Below, one piece after another: positions 49,291 through 58,979 of a stretch of DNA of 64,000 bases. The stretch lies in NCBI GenBank assembly GCA_026016245.1, contig CP061211.1:424879-488878 (forward strand), written 5' to 3'. Each line of letters begins with the position of its first letter. Position 1 is the first letter of the stretch. Below the pieces are notes generated by a model. The model was given only the letters and a program-made list of their open reading frames with translations, ran no database searches and was not told the DNA's origin. A program made the translations under genes and the position numbers. This stretch comes from Candidatus Pacearchaeota archaeon. GTDB lineage: Archaea > Nanobdellota > Nanobdellia > Pacearchaeales > UBA284.

Positions 49291-50085
49291 TTATTTTGTG
49301 GTCTTAAATTTTTTAATCTGCTTCTCAAATTCTTTGAGATTATTATCTAAACTATTTATAGCATCAACAAATATTTCTTCTGATTTAAGCTGACCAAAAC
49401 TTTCTATATAAAAAATAAAGTCTTCCTCACTTGGCTTTATGCTTATAGAACATTTTTCTTTATTTTTTAAGAATTCAACACAAGCTTCACAAATATCACA
49501 TTTAAGAGGATCAATTATTAATTTTTTATCTTTAAAGCTGATTGCCTTTCTAGGACAAATATCAATGCATTCTGTACATTCAGAACAACCTTTTATGTCA
49601 ATAATAGGAAATGAATTAAACCATACTAACCCTGGTGTAAATTTTGCATGCTCTCTACCTGTTCCTAATGTGGCTTGCGCAGTTAATTGAAGCTCTTGAT
49701 CTTTAGCAAGTAAGACAATAGGCATCTCAGGATAAACTATTTCCATACCTTTTGTTTTCAGGTCTTTAGCATTTACCATAGCAGGTCCTTTTGCCTTAAG
49801 CTTAAGTGCTGCAGTGCATTTTAGACAGCCTTTTCCCTTACAAGTACATTTTTTCCTTGGTGTAAATGTTTTTGTTGATTTTAGTGGAATCAGGCCTATC
49901 CTATGAGCAAGCATCTCATCATAAAGAGCTGAATCATTCTTGGAAAACTCAACTGTATCAATAGCTAGTATAGGAATTTCAAGAACATTCCTCCTAATTG
50001 AATTTGCTATGCTATTATTTATTCCTTTAACCAAAAAACTTATCTTTTCCTTAGTTTTAGATATTTTTTCTATTTTTATTGCCAT
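49291..50085 (-). CDS. rpoD: DNA-directed RNA polymerase subunit D (Rpo3) with ferredoxin-like Cys cluster
   Basis: Rpb3/RpoD fold with CSECTECIDICP...CDICEACV insert. Confidence 0.85.
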   Translation of the reverse strand: MAIKIEKISKTKEKISFLVKGINNSIANSIRRNVLEIPILAIDTVEFSKNDSALYDEMLAHRIGLIPLKSTKTFTPRKKCTCKGKGCLKCTAALKLKAKGPAMVNAKDLKTKGMEIVYPEMPIVLLAKDQELQLTAQATLGTGREHAKFTPGLVWFNSFPIIDIKGCSECTECIDICPRKAISFKDKKLIIDPLKCDICEACVEFLKNKEKCSISIKPSEEDFIFYIESFGQLKSEEIFVDAINSLDNNLKEFEKQIKKFKTTK

Positions 50086-50480
50086 TATACTCTCCTTCCC
50101 CTTTTACCGCCTTTTGGCTTAGGACCTCCCCTTGGCATCGGTGTTACATCTGTAATATTCAGGATTTTTAAACCTTGTCTTGCCAGACTTTTGATAGCAG
50201 CATTTGCTCCAGGCCCAGGAGATGGAGATAACTTGCCTCCTTTTCCTGAAACTCTCACATATATAGCCCTAATCCCCTGATCTTTTGCTTTTTCAGCTGC
50301 TCTTTTTGCAGTAAACATAGCAACAGTGGGATTAGCCTTTAGTCTATCGTGTTTTGTAACCTCGCCACCTGAAATTAAAGCTATGGTGCTCCCTGCCATG
50401 TCTGTAATATGAACTATAGTATTATTATAAGTAGCTCTAATATAAGCTATCCCAGTCCCTTCTAATTTCTTTTCTGCCAT
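50085..50480 (-). CDS. rps11: 30S ribosomal protein S11
   Basis: GIAYIRATYNNTIVHITDMAGSTIALISGG. Confidence 0.9.
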   Translation of the reverse strand: MAEKKLEGTGIAYIRATYNNTIVHITDMAGSTIALISGGEVTKHDRLKANPTVAMFTAKRAAEKAKDQGIRAIYVRVSGKGGKLSPSPGPGANAAIKSLARQGLKILNITDVTPMPRGGPKPKGGKRGRRV

Positions 50481-50481
50481 T

Positions 50482-51030
50482 TTATTTTACTTCCTCCTTC
50501 TTTTCCTTTTTCTCTTCTTTTTCTTCCTTTACTTCTTCTTTAGGTTTTTCTTCTACTGGTCTCTCTTTTTTGATTTTTTTGACAGCAGAGATTTTATTTT
50601 CCTCTTCTGTTCTTACAATATATCCAGGGACATCCATTATTTTATCCCCTACTTTTATTTTTCTATGAACAATCAGCTGTCTTGCCCCTTTAAGTGTTTT
50701 TGCGATTCCTTTTTTGAAAACAACTGTCTGTAATCTTCTTTCAAATAATCTTTCCTTTGTCAGGGCAAGAATATCATCAATAGTTGCATCTTTATTTACC
50801 AAGCCCAGCCTTATGAGACGATTAATAAAAGTCTCTTTTTGCTCAGGTTGTAGAATTAATTTTTTGGCTTGAGAACGAATTCTATCTATATAGTTCTCTG
50901 AACGCCATATCTCTTTTTTGTTCTTTAAACCATATTTCCTGATAAAAGCTTTTTCTTCCTGTATTCGTGATTTGTCAAATGGTGTTTTTGGTCTTGAATA
51001 TTTTTTGTGCTGTCTTTTTGGATCTCCCAT
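50482..51030 (-). CDS. rps4: 30S ribosomal protein S4
   Basis: MGDPKRQHKKYSRPKTPFDK... Confidence 0.9.
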   Translation of the reverse strand: MGDPKRQHKKYSRPKTPFDKSRIQEEKAFIRKYGLKNKKEIWRSENYIDRIRSQAKKLILQPEQKETFINRLIRLGLVNKDATIDDILALTKERLFERRLQTVVFKKGIAKTLKGARQLIVHRKIKVGDKIMDVPGYIVRTEEENKISAVKKIKKERPVEEKPKEEVKEEKEEKKEKKEEVK

Positions 51031-51038
51031 TTTCTATC

Positions 51039-51524
51039 TTATCTTTTTTTTCCTGGTTTAACTTTAGCTCTACTTACACCTATGGCTTTTCCTTTTCTAA
51101 AATGTGCTCTAGTGCGCTGGCCTCTTACAGGCAATCCTGCAGCATGTCTAACCCCTTTATAGCTTTTGATTTTTTTCATTCTTCTTATGTCAAATTCTCT
51201 CCTTAGATCAAGTTCTGTGGTGATAAGATGTTTATCAATTCCAGATTCAATGTCTTTTCTTCTGTTAAGAAGCCATGTTGGAAGATTGGGGTTTTTGATA
51301 AAGGCTAGTATTTTTCCTATCTCTTCCTCACTTAAGTCAGAGATTTTTCTGTTCTTATTAATTTTAAGATTCTTGCAGACAGCGTTAGAAAATGTCCATG
51401 ATACCCCTTTTATTTTTGTTAAGCCAGCATAGACAGATAATTTTCCTGGGATATCAGTTGCAGCAATTCTTACTAAAATTTCTGCTTCTTTTGATTCTTC
51501 TTTTTTTTCTGCCTCTTCTGCCAT
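51039..51524 (-). CDS. rps13: 30S ribosomal protein S13
   Basis: VRIAATDIPGK...GLPVRGQRTRAHFRKGKAIG; start likely the internal Met (listed ORF start 51536). Confidence 0.85.
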   Translation of the reverse strand: MAEEAEKKEESKEAEILVRIAATDIPGKLSVYAGLTKIKGVSWTFSNAVCKNLKINKNRKISDLSEEEIGKILAFIKNPNLPTWLLNRRKDIESGIDKHLITTELDLRREFDIRRMKKIKSYKGVRHAAGLPVRGQRTRAHFRKGKAIGVSRAKVKPGKKR

Positions 51525-51525
51525 T

Positions 51526-52077
51526 TTAAGCTGCAAATAATTTATACCTTATTTCCTGGGTAAGTTCTTCTATAAGTTTTTTCTCAATTACTTTTTTAGG
51601 ATCTGGTAGACTTTTAAGTCTTTTTTTCATATCATTAAAAGAGGTAAATGGTTTTTTCTCTCTCTCTTCTAGGATTGCTTTGGTGTATTTTTTGCCAAAA
51701 CCAGGCAAAAGCTCTAGTTGATGTAATCTTGTATTTAGCGCCTGCGCCCTGTTAAAGAATTCAACAAATTTCTTCTCCTGTTCAGAAACAATCTTTTCAA
51801 CAAAATCCCTTATCTGTAATTTTGCAGTCTCTGTAAGTTTTGCTTTTGGGAGTCTACCCCTTATGAAATAAATTTTGTCCCTTCTAGAAGGGCCTATATA
51901 AACCTCTTCCTTAAGTTGAAGTTTGATTCCCTTTCTTGGGACTAATTCTAGAAGTGTGAAGTATAATGAGCCTATGGCTTGAGCTATTGGAATCCTCTTC
52001 ATTTCTAGAGGATAGCCATTGGGTAAAAAATCTATTATTATGGCTTTCTCTTCTCTCATTTCTCTTGAATTCATCAT
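51526..52077 (-). CDS. DUF655 family protein (HhH nucleic-acid-binding)
   Basis: LELLPGFGKKYTKAIL HhH-like segment; conserved position next to rpoF. Confidence 0.55.
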   Translation of the reverse strand: MMNSREMREEKAIIIDFLPNGYPLEMKRIPIAQAIGSLYFTLLELVPRKGIKLQLKEEVYIGPSRRDKIYFIRGRLPKAKLTETAKLQIRDFVEKIVSEQEKKFVEFFNRAQALNTRLHQLELLPGFGKKYTKAILEEREKKPFTSFNDMKKRLKSLPDPKKVIEKKLIEELTQEIRYKLFAA

Positions 52078-52091
52078 TTTTCTTATTTTGC

Positions 52092-52406
52092 TTATTTCTT
52101 TTGTTTAAGTACCTCAAGCACTTTTGTAATTTCATCTTGATCTAAGCTGAATTCGGATCCAGCAAAAATTTTTCTTATATCCTCTACATCTTCTGGCTCA
52201 AAATCCACTATTTTTACAATATCCTCTTCCTTTAGCCTAAGGATATTAAGCCCTTCTAAAGCTTTTCTTAATTTTAAAGCCTCTGATGCACTAAGTTTTG
52301 TAAATTTTTTAATAAAATCTGATATAGCTTTCGCTTTATCATTTTCTGCTTTCTTTAGCAATTCTCTTGCTTCAGCAAGAGTTATTGTTTTAGATTCTCT
52401 TATCAT
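52092..52406 (-). CDS. rpoF: DNA-directed RNA polymerase subunit F (Rpo4)-like
   Basis: 104-aa acidic helical protein in the conserved L21e-RpoF-DUF655 arrangement. Confidence 0.5.
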   Translation of the reverse strand: MIRESKTITLAEARELLKKAENDKAKAISDFIKKFTKLSASEALKLRKALEGLNILRLKEEDIVKIVDFEPEDVEDIRKIFAGSEFSLDQDEITKVLEVLKQKK

Positions 52407-52414
52407 TTTTCCTC

Positions 52415-52747
52415 TTAGCCTCTTAATTTCTTCAAATGAATAGGCCTTATTACTAGTTTTTTATAGACTTTGCCATTTTTAAATCTCACTATATAAGCTC
52501 TACCTCTCTTTCCCTCTATTACTCCAGTTAAACCATGGAACTGTTTTGGAAAGCCATTTTTTTGGCTTAAATCATGGACAAGGCAAACTCTATCACCTCC
52601 CCTAAATTCCTGGAAAGCCTTGCTTAGCCTTATTTTTCCTTTCTCTCTTATTCTTTTTCTGTGTTTCATTTTTATCCTATATGATTTTTTTGCGTATTGG
52701 TCTCTGTCTTGGGCCTTTTTTCTCTTTATGTATAATTTCATTAACAA
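52415..52747 (-). CDS. rpl21e: 50S ribosomal protein L21e
   Basis: KKSYRIKMKHRKRIREKGKIRLSK...GDRVCLV...HGLTGVIEGKRGRAYIV. Confidence 0.8.
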   Translation of the reverse strand: MLMKLYIKRKKAQDRDQYAKKSYRIKMKHRKRIREKGKIRLSKAFQEFRGGDRVCLVHDLSQKNGFPKQFHGLTGVIEGKRGRAYIVRFKNGKVYKKLVIRPIHLKKLRG

Positions 52748-53048
52748 GTTTGGTCATAACCTGCGCGAGAGCTCTGTAAGGATTCTTATGTGAAGATTTA
52801 GCACTCAAAACTGCCCCTGGATTGATAAAAAGCTCTGCTTTTATCTCATGAACAAAGAGTTTATTCCTTTGATGCTGTTTTAATCTAATTTTTAACTCAT
52901 CATAATCCATCCTCTCTTCAATTTTCTTGATATAAGTATTCATTACTTTCAAAATAGAGTCTTTTTCTGTCTTGTCAAACTTGTTAAAACCAACTAGACT
53001 AACATTCTTTCCTATGACAATTGAAATTTCTTTTTCTTTTCTTGGCAT
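52677..53048 (-). CDS. possible ribosome hibernation factor-like (HPF/RaiA-like) protein
   Basis: ISIVIGKNVSL...FVHEIKAELFINPGAVLSAKSSHKNPYRALAQVMTKLVNEI resembles the HPF pattern; overlaps the L21e start by ~70 nt. Confidence 0.35.
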   Translation of the reverse strand: MPRKEKEISIVIGKNVSLVGFNKFDKTEKDSILKVMNTYIKKIEERMDYDELKIRLKQHQRNKLFVHEIKAELFINPGAVLSAKSSHKNPYRALAQVMTKLVNEIIHKEKKGPRQRPIRKKII

Positions 53049-53167
53049 GATTTTTTAAGGGAAAAATGTTTTAAAAGTCTTTCTGAAAAAAATAGAAAAA
53101 AGTATAAAAAAACTTAAATACTAATTAGGCCTTATATTTCAGTAGAGGTGAGGGGTAAAAAAATAAA

Positions 53168-53773
53168 ATGGTAAGAAAAGTAGATGCAATAATTCTTGCA
53201 GGTGGTTCTTTAGGCAGGGAAAGGATATATCCCAAAGCTCTTATTGAAATTGAAGGAAAATCCCTTATTCAAAGACAGATAGAATGGTTAAGGCCTTTTG
53301 TTAGGAGAATAGTGATTGCTTGCACAGAAAGAGAGGCTGAACAAATTAGGCAGTATCATCCAGGTATTGATGTTGTATTTGCAGCAACTCCTGAATTACC
53401 AGGAACTGCTGGCTCTTTAAAACATGCCTTGAATTCTACAGAAACAGATGATGTAATTGTTGCTAATGTTGATGACATGACTGATATTGATTTAGCAGGA
53501 TTAATAGATTTTGGAACAGATACAATATGTGTAGCCAACCCAAGATTAAATTTTGCTAAAATTGAAACAGAAGGACATAACATAATAACTTTCAGGGAAA
53601 AACCACAATTAGAGAATGTTTGGGTGAATTGTGGAGTTTATTTTTTAAGCAAAGCAATTTTAGAAAAGCTTCCTGCAAAAGGAAACATCGCCAAGGATTT
53701 TTTTCCTTATGTGAAAATTAGGGCTTACAAACATTATGGAACTTGGCATACTGTAGTTGGAAGGCATGTATAA
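53168..53773 (+). CDS. sugar-phosphate nucleotidyltransferase family protein
   Basis: DAIILAGGSLGRERIYPKALIEIEGKSLI N-terminal NTP-transferase signature. Confidence 0.65.
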   Translation: MVRKVDAIILAGGSLGRERIYPKALIEIEGKSLIQRQIEWLRPFVRRIVIACTEREAEQIRQYHPGIDVVFAATPELPGTAGSLKHALNSTETDDVIVANVDDMTDIDLAGLIDFGTDTICVANPRLNFAKIETEGHNIITFREKPQLENVWVNCGVYFLSKAILEKLPAKGNIAKDFFPYVKIRAYKHYGTWHTVVGRHV

Positions 53774-53776
53774 TAA

Positions 53777-54529
53777 TCATCCACGAAATAATTTCTTTAG
53801 AATATCAAGAGTATAAAGTATAGAAGCTTTTGATTGTGACTTAGTTGGATTAAACGGCCTTTTGCTCTTATGCACTGAGGCTACCCTTAAATGATTTATT
53901 AAATGAATCTGATTGCTCAATCCAGGATCAAGATTAATTTCTTTTTCCTTAAACTTCAGAACCAGGTTACCTAGACCAATATCAGGGCTTTTTTGAAGCA
54001 AATCCCTTCCAGTCAAGTCAAAATATCTCTTGTGTAAAGCTATCTCAAGAATTCTGCCACATAAAATCAAAGCACTACGATAACATCTATGCTCATAACA
54101 TTTAACAAGCTCATCAAAAGATGCTTTTGTTTCAGAATAAATATCACGAGGAATATAAGGCAGGTAAAATTCCCCTTTAGGCAAATCACCATCTGGCACT
54201 CTCACTGATGGAACTATATCAAAAATTTCTTCTATAGATACAACAGATTCAAGAAATTTGTTGGAGTTAATCATCTTTTTTAAATCTTTAATCTTCATTG
54301 ATGCCTCTGTCAAGGCCCTTTTCTCTGTAGGGGCTATAGTAAAGCTTTCATTTAATACAGCTTCTAGCCTTTTCATCGCATTTTCTATCTCTCTAGAATA
54401 ATACTCTCTCTCACGACGCTTAAAATGAAACTCATCTCCAACTATTCTAGAACTAAAATCTATCCTTCTGGATAAAACATTATTGATAATATCCTTTAAT
54501 TCCAGAAGCACCCCTTTTAAGCTAGCCAT
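53777..54529 (-). CDS. hypothetical protein with C-terminal HEPN-like R-x4-H motif
   Basis: LINHLRVASVHKSKRP (R-x4-H) near the C-terminus; helical context. Confidence 0.45.
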   Translation of the reverse strand: MASLKGVLLELKDIINNVLSRRIDFSSRIVGDEFHFKRREREYYSREIENAMKRLEAVLNESFTIAPTEKRALTEASMKIKDLKKMINSNKFLESVVSIEEIFDIVPSVRVPDGDLPKGEFYLPYIPRDIYSETKASFDELVKCYEHRCYRSALILCGRILEIALHKRYFDLTGRDLLQKSPDIGLGNLVLKFKEKEINLDPGLSNQIHLINHLRVASVHKSKRPFNPTKSQSKASILYTLDILKKLFRG

Positions 54530-54580
54530 CTAAAAATCAAGCAAGGAAAATTTTTAAGCTTTTGTATAGTAAAATATAAT

Positions 54581-55306
54581 CTATTTGAAGTTCTTAAAAG
54601 CCTTGCTTATGCTTTCATTCCAAAATTTAGGAAGCTCATAACTAAGCATGCCCTGAAATTCATCACTCCAGACATAAAAGAATTTTTCCCCCTCTTCCTG
54701 TTTCTTAAATAAAGGCCTGATTTTTTCATACATTTTCTGCAAAGCACGCCTCTCAAATTCAGCCTGTAATAAGGATGGTTCCTTCAATAACAAAATATCA
54801 GCAAGCCTTAAAACATTAACATCAAGCATAGCACTACTTTGAGCAATCAGAAAGAGGGTAAGATCCTTATGACGGGCAATAGCCATCAACTTGCCTAACA
54901 TTTTATTAGCATCTTTCATTGAGTCTCTAGCAGAATAAACTATTGCTCCTTCATCAACAAGAACAGCAGAATGAAGAGGTATTTTATCAAGAGATTCTTC
55001 TTTCTTTATCCATCTAGGCAGCTTAGCTTTTCCAAAACCAACAGCATAACATTTTTTTCTATAAGAGTTAAGAACAGAAAGGAGAACCATACCTAAACTT
55101 GTCTTCCCACTTCCTCTTTTGCCTGTAATTAAAATGATCTGGCTATATTTAAGCACCCTATTAAAGAAGCTATCAAACTCTCCATCCTCAGCCTTAACAA
55201 TAGAAAATGGCTGTATTGGCTCTATTTTTTTAGGCTTTTTTCTGAATATATCAAAGATTCCCATTAAAATCCTCTGTTTTAGGAATATAAAAGCTTTAGA
55301 AATCAC
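54581..55306 (-). CDS. P-loop NTPase (Walker A/B), family unassigned
   Basis: Walker A ILITGKRGSGKTS; Walker B AVLVDEGA; immediately upstream of the HEPN-motif gene. Confidence 0.6.
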   Translation of the reverse strand: MISKAFIFLKQRILMGIFDIFRKKPKKIEPIQPFSIVKAEDGEFDSFFNRVLKYSQIILITGKRGSGKTSLGMVLLSVLNSYRKKCYAVGFGKAKLPRWIKKEESLDKIPLHSAVLVDEGAIVYSARDSMKDANKMLGKLMAIARHKDLTLFLIAQSSAMLDVNVLRLADILLLKEPSLLQAEFERRALQKMYEKIRPLFKKQEEGEKFFYVWSDEFQGMLSYELPKFWNESISKAFKNFK

Positions 55307-55359
55307 TCTAAAGTGGTATCAAAAGAAAGGTTTATAAATCAGGAAAGAGTTATAATTTT

Positions 55360-56181
55360 ATGTTAACAGATAAAGCATTAGTTGAAGAAATACTGGATAA
55401 AAAGAAGTACATAAAAAAGAAAGGCTCTGATATATATGTCGTACTCGAAGAGCTCTTTGATGGGGCATTAGAAAGAGAGGCTCTGGAACATTCATTGAGA
55501 ATAGAGTATCCTGTAGCAAAAGCGCTAAAGAAAGGGAATACTAAAAAATATACTAAAGAAATTAAAAGATTGAGCAAAAACCTAAAGAAAGCGTGGGAGT
55601 TTGGAAAAAAGAACTTCACGATACCTTTTGATAAAGATTTCTTAATAAAATTAGCTTATCAGATAGATCCTGAAGCATTTAGAACAAATGGTGGATTGAT
55701 AAAAGATTATAGAAAGTTCAATGTTAGAGTGCGTGGTTCTTGTATAAAACCTCCTTATCCAGAGAAATTAAGACTTTCTATGAAAAGGTTTTTTGATGGT
55801 TTAGATCAACTTTATGGGGAATGTAAAAACAGAACAGCATATGTGCCTGAAAGATATTTTGATATAGGTTCTTGGATGCATTTGCATCTTGCTAGAATAC
55901 ATCCTTTTGAAGACACAAATGGTAGGACATCTAGAATGGCCAATAATCTTTATTTAAGAAGTTCAAATTCTTTTCCTCCTATCATAATTTATGAAGGAGA
56001 AAGGCAGGATTATGAAAATCATATAGAAAAAGCGTTGATAGGATTTAGAGAAAGAGATGGCAGGAAAAATTTGGCTGCAAAAAGAGATGAGCTTTCAGGA
56101 GGAGAAAGAGAATTTTATGATTACTTGGCTGGTAAGCTTAATACCAGTCTTGACAAGGTTATTGAAAAGAAAGGCGCTTAA
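55360..56181 (+). CDS. Fic/Doc family protein with variant Fic motif
   Basis: HPFEDTNGRTSR matches HxFx(D/E)GNGRxxR with Thr replacing the first Gly. Confidence 0.75.
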   Translation: MLTDKALVEEILDKKKYIKKKGSDIYVVLEELFDGALEREALEHSLRIEYPVAKALKKGNTKKYTKEIKRLSKNLKKAWEFGKKNFTIPFDKDFLIKLAYQIDPEAFRTNGGLIKDYRKFNVRVRGSCIKPPYPEKLRLSMKRFFDGLDQLYGECKNRTAYVPERYFDIGSWMHLHLARIHPFEDTNGRTSRMANNLYLRSSNSFPPIIIYEGERQDYENHIEKALIGFRERDGRKNLAAKRDELSGGEREFYDYLAGKLNTSLDKVIEKKGA

Positions 56182-56217
56182 GAAAAGAATTTTAAATTCC
56201 TTTTTCTTTGTTTTATT

Positions 56218-56883
56218 ATGATTGATTTTGATGAATTAATTGATGAGCATATAAAAAGAGAGTATAAGCCGAAAGGTATAGGAAGATATTATCCTTCTGA
56301 GGCTGGTAGCTGTTTAAGAAAGGTGTGGTATTCTTATAAATATCCTACAGAAATAGCTCCTGAATTGAGAAAGATTTTTGAAATGGGCAATATAATACAT
56401 GATTTTATTGTTCAAGTCTTAAAGTCAGAAAAGACACCACAAGTCGAGCTTCTTAAATCAGAATTTCCTTTCAAAGAGCAAATTGAAGATTTCACAATAT
56501 CAGGAAGAATTGACAATCTTATCAAAGTTAAAATTAGCGGCAAAATCTATCTTGTAGAAATAAAAAGTAGTGCAGGCATAAGGTTTGTTAAAGAAGCTTC
56601 CCCACACAATGTCCAACAACTTCAATTATACATGCATTTTATTGGAGTTCATAACGGTCTTTTAGTCTATATTGACAAATCCACACTAAAAACAAAAGTT
56701 TTTGAAATTAATTATGACAAAGAAAAAGCCCAAAAAATCCTAGAGAGATTCAAACTTCTTCATAAATTATTAACAACAAACACACTACCAGAACCAGAGG
56801 CAAGAAAACATGAGAAAACTAAGTGGATGTGTAGGTATTGTGAATATAAAGATAGGTGTCATAAAGACACCTCAAGAATATAA
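56218..56883 (+). CDS. PD-(D/E)xK nuclease, Cas4-like (DUF83-like) with Cys cluster
   Basis: N-terminal Cys (GSCLRK), RIDNL...YLVEIKSS nuclease motif, C-terminal CRYCEYKDRC. Confidence 0.5.
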   Translation: MIDFDELIDEHIKREYKPKGIGRYYPSEAGSCLRKVWYSYKYPTEIAPELRKIFEMGNIIHDFIVQVLKSEKTPQVELLKSEFPFKEQIEDFTISGRIDNLIKVKISGKIYLVEIKSSAGIRFVKEASPHNVQQLQLYMHFIGVHNGLLVYIDKSTLKTKVFEINYDKEKAQKILERFKLLHKLLTTNTLPEPEARKHEKTKWMCRYCEYKDRCHKDTSRI

Positions 56884-56937
56884 AAATTATTTCTTGACTG
56901 CTAAAAAATATTTAAACCTTTCCCAATAATTAATAAT

Positions 56938-57492
56938 ATGAAACAAAAGCTATTAAGCAAATCTTTCTTCAACAAAGATACAGTAAAAACTGCAAAAGCT
57001 CTGCTTGGGAAAATAATCAAATATAAGAATACATCTGGAATAATAATAGAAACAGAAGCTTACAAAGGAAAAGAAGATGGTGATGAGGCAAGCCATGCAT
57101 TCAAAAAAACAGAAAGAAGCGAGTTAATGTACAACAGTTATGGCAAATTCTATATTTATTTTATTTATGGAAATTATTACTGTCTTAATATCACAGCAGA
57201 AAAAAACAAACCAGGAGCTGTATTAATCAGAGCAATTAAACCAATAAAAGGAATAAAGAATATGGAAAAAAGAAGACAAAGGAAAGATAACTTGACAGAT
57301 GGTCCTGGAAAATTATGCCAAGCCTTAAACATAACTAAAGCCTTAAATGGAACAGATATTAATGACAAAATTAAAATACTAAAAGGAATAAAAATAAAAA
57401 ATTCTCAAATAGGTTGTTCAAGTAGAATAGGGATAAATAAAGCTCAACATTTAAAATGGAGATTTTTTGTTAAAGAAAAAGATGCCAGCTAA
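56938..57492 (+). CDS. mpg: DNA-3-methyladenine glycosylase (Mpg/AAG family)
   Basis: LLGKIIKY...GIIIETEAYKGKEDGDEASHAF...GKFYIYFIYGNYYCLNI...AVLIRAIKP...GPGKLCQAL. Confidence 0.8.
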   Translation: MKQKLLSKSFFNKDTVKTAKALLGKIIKYKNTSGIIIETEAYKGKEDGDEASHAFKKTERSELMYNSYGKFYIYFIYGNYYCLNITAEKNKPGAVLIRAIKPIKGIKNMEKRRQRKDNLTDGPGKLCQALNITKALNGTDINDKIKILKGIKIKNSQIGCSSRIGINKAQHLKWRFFVKEKDAS

Positions 57493-58357
57493 TGTAACCC
57501 CTCAATTCAAAAAAGCTCAAGCAGAATTTCTAGCAGCCAGAACTATAGAAGAAAAAATAGAAAGACTAAAGATAATGATTTCGCTAGCTCCTAAACACAA
57601 AGGGTCTGAAAATTTACTAGCAAATCTAAAGTCAAGATTAGCAAAATTAAAGCAAGAGTTACAGAGGCAGAAGAAAATCAGGAAACATAAAAAAGGATTA
57701 GGAAAAGAAGGAGATGCTCAAATTACTTTAATAGGATATGCAAATTCAGGAAAATCTTTATTACTAAACAAACTAACCAGAGCAAGGTCAATAGTAAGCA
57801 AATTTCCTTATACAACAGCTAAACCAGAGCAAGGAATGTTAAATTTAGGTGCTCTCGTACAAGTTCTTGATCTTCCGTCGTTAAAAGATAATGATGAAGA
57901 TAATGAAATCCTTGGCTATGCAAATAATTCAGATCTTGTCCTTGTTGTTGGATGTTCAATAGATAAAATAAAAAAAATATTATCAAAGATAAAGAATAAA
58001 AATGTCTTAGTAGTAATAGATAAGGCTGATATAATAGATACAGAAAAGATAAAGAAAGAATTTTCAGGATCAATAGATATAAGTGCATTAACAGGACAGA
58101 ATCTTAATTTACTAAAGAAAAAAATATTTACTTCTTTAAACATCATAAGAATTTACACAAAACATCCAGGAAGAAAGCCAGAAAAAAGACCAGTGATATT
58201 AAAAGAAAATTCAGTTGTCGAAGATTTAGCAAGGAAAGTTCATAAAGATTTCATAAAACAGTTTAAGTTTGCTAAAATCTGGAGAAAAAATACCATCAAA
58301 AGAGTTGGTCTCAAATATATTTTAAAGGATAGTGATGTTATTGAACTCCACATATAA
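57467..58357 (+). CDS. DRG-family GTPase with C-terminal TGS domain
   Basis: G1 IGYANSGKSLLLNKLT, VIDKADI, TGS-like C-terminus; probable ATG at 57482. Confidence 0.7.
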   Translation: MLKKKMPANVTPQFKKAQAEFLAARTIEEKIERLKIMISLAPKHKGSENLLANLKSRLAKLKQELQRQKKIRKHKKGLGKEGDAQITLIGYANSGKSLLLNKLTRARSIVSKFPYTTAKPEQGMLNLGALVQVLDLPSLKDNDEDNEILGYANNSDLVLVVGCSIDKIKKILSKIKNKNVLVVIDKADIIDTEKIKKEFSGSIDISALTGQNLNLLKKKIFTSLNIIRIYTKHPGRKPEKRPVILKENSVVEDLARKVHKDFIKQFKFAKIWRKNTIKRVGLKYILKDSDVIELHI

Positions 58358-58393
58358 ATTTATAAACTAAACCTAGTTCTTTAATTTTTAAAA

Positions 58394-58630
58394 ATGGCAA
58401 CATATACAGGATTATATATAGAACTTTATAGTCATCTAGCAACAAGGATAATGGAGGAGCAAGAAAGGCTAGGGCCAGAGAATGAATTAGTAAAAAAACT
58501 TAAAATAGTTGATACTAAGAAAGGGCATTTTGGTCCTTTTGATCAGCTAAAAAAAGAATATCCTAATTTGAGTGAAAGGGATATTTTAATAGAATATCTG
58601 AAAAAATTAACTGATGAAAACAGAAATTAA
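58394..58630 (+). CDS. small hypothetical protein
   Basis: 78-aa ORF. Confidence 0.3.
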   Translation: MATYTGLYIELYSHLATRIMEEQERLGPENELVKKLKIVDTKKGHFGPFDQLKKEYPNLSERDILIEYLKKLTDENRN

Positions 58631-58979
58631 AGATTAAAATGGAAGACATTGCCTGATGAAGAAAAAAATATGTTATATATGTCATTAATATCTATTTGTA
58701 TTGGTAATGATTTCTATCTTAAAGCTGATAATGGTGGTTGTTTGGTAGTAGAAACAGCAAAAGAAAAAGAAGAGTTAAAACATTATTAGAAAAATCATTG
58801 TAAATAGGAATATAAATCTAAGTGTAAAGCTAATAAATCATAACTCATCCAAAAGATTCTTTACTTTTTAAAGATATTTTAATTCCAAGTTTTCTTATTT
58901 CAGCATAATTTTTTAATTTATCTATGGCCTCTTTTAACATAATTTATTTAAAGTGAACTTCTTTATAAATATTGCCAGG

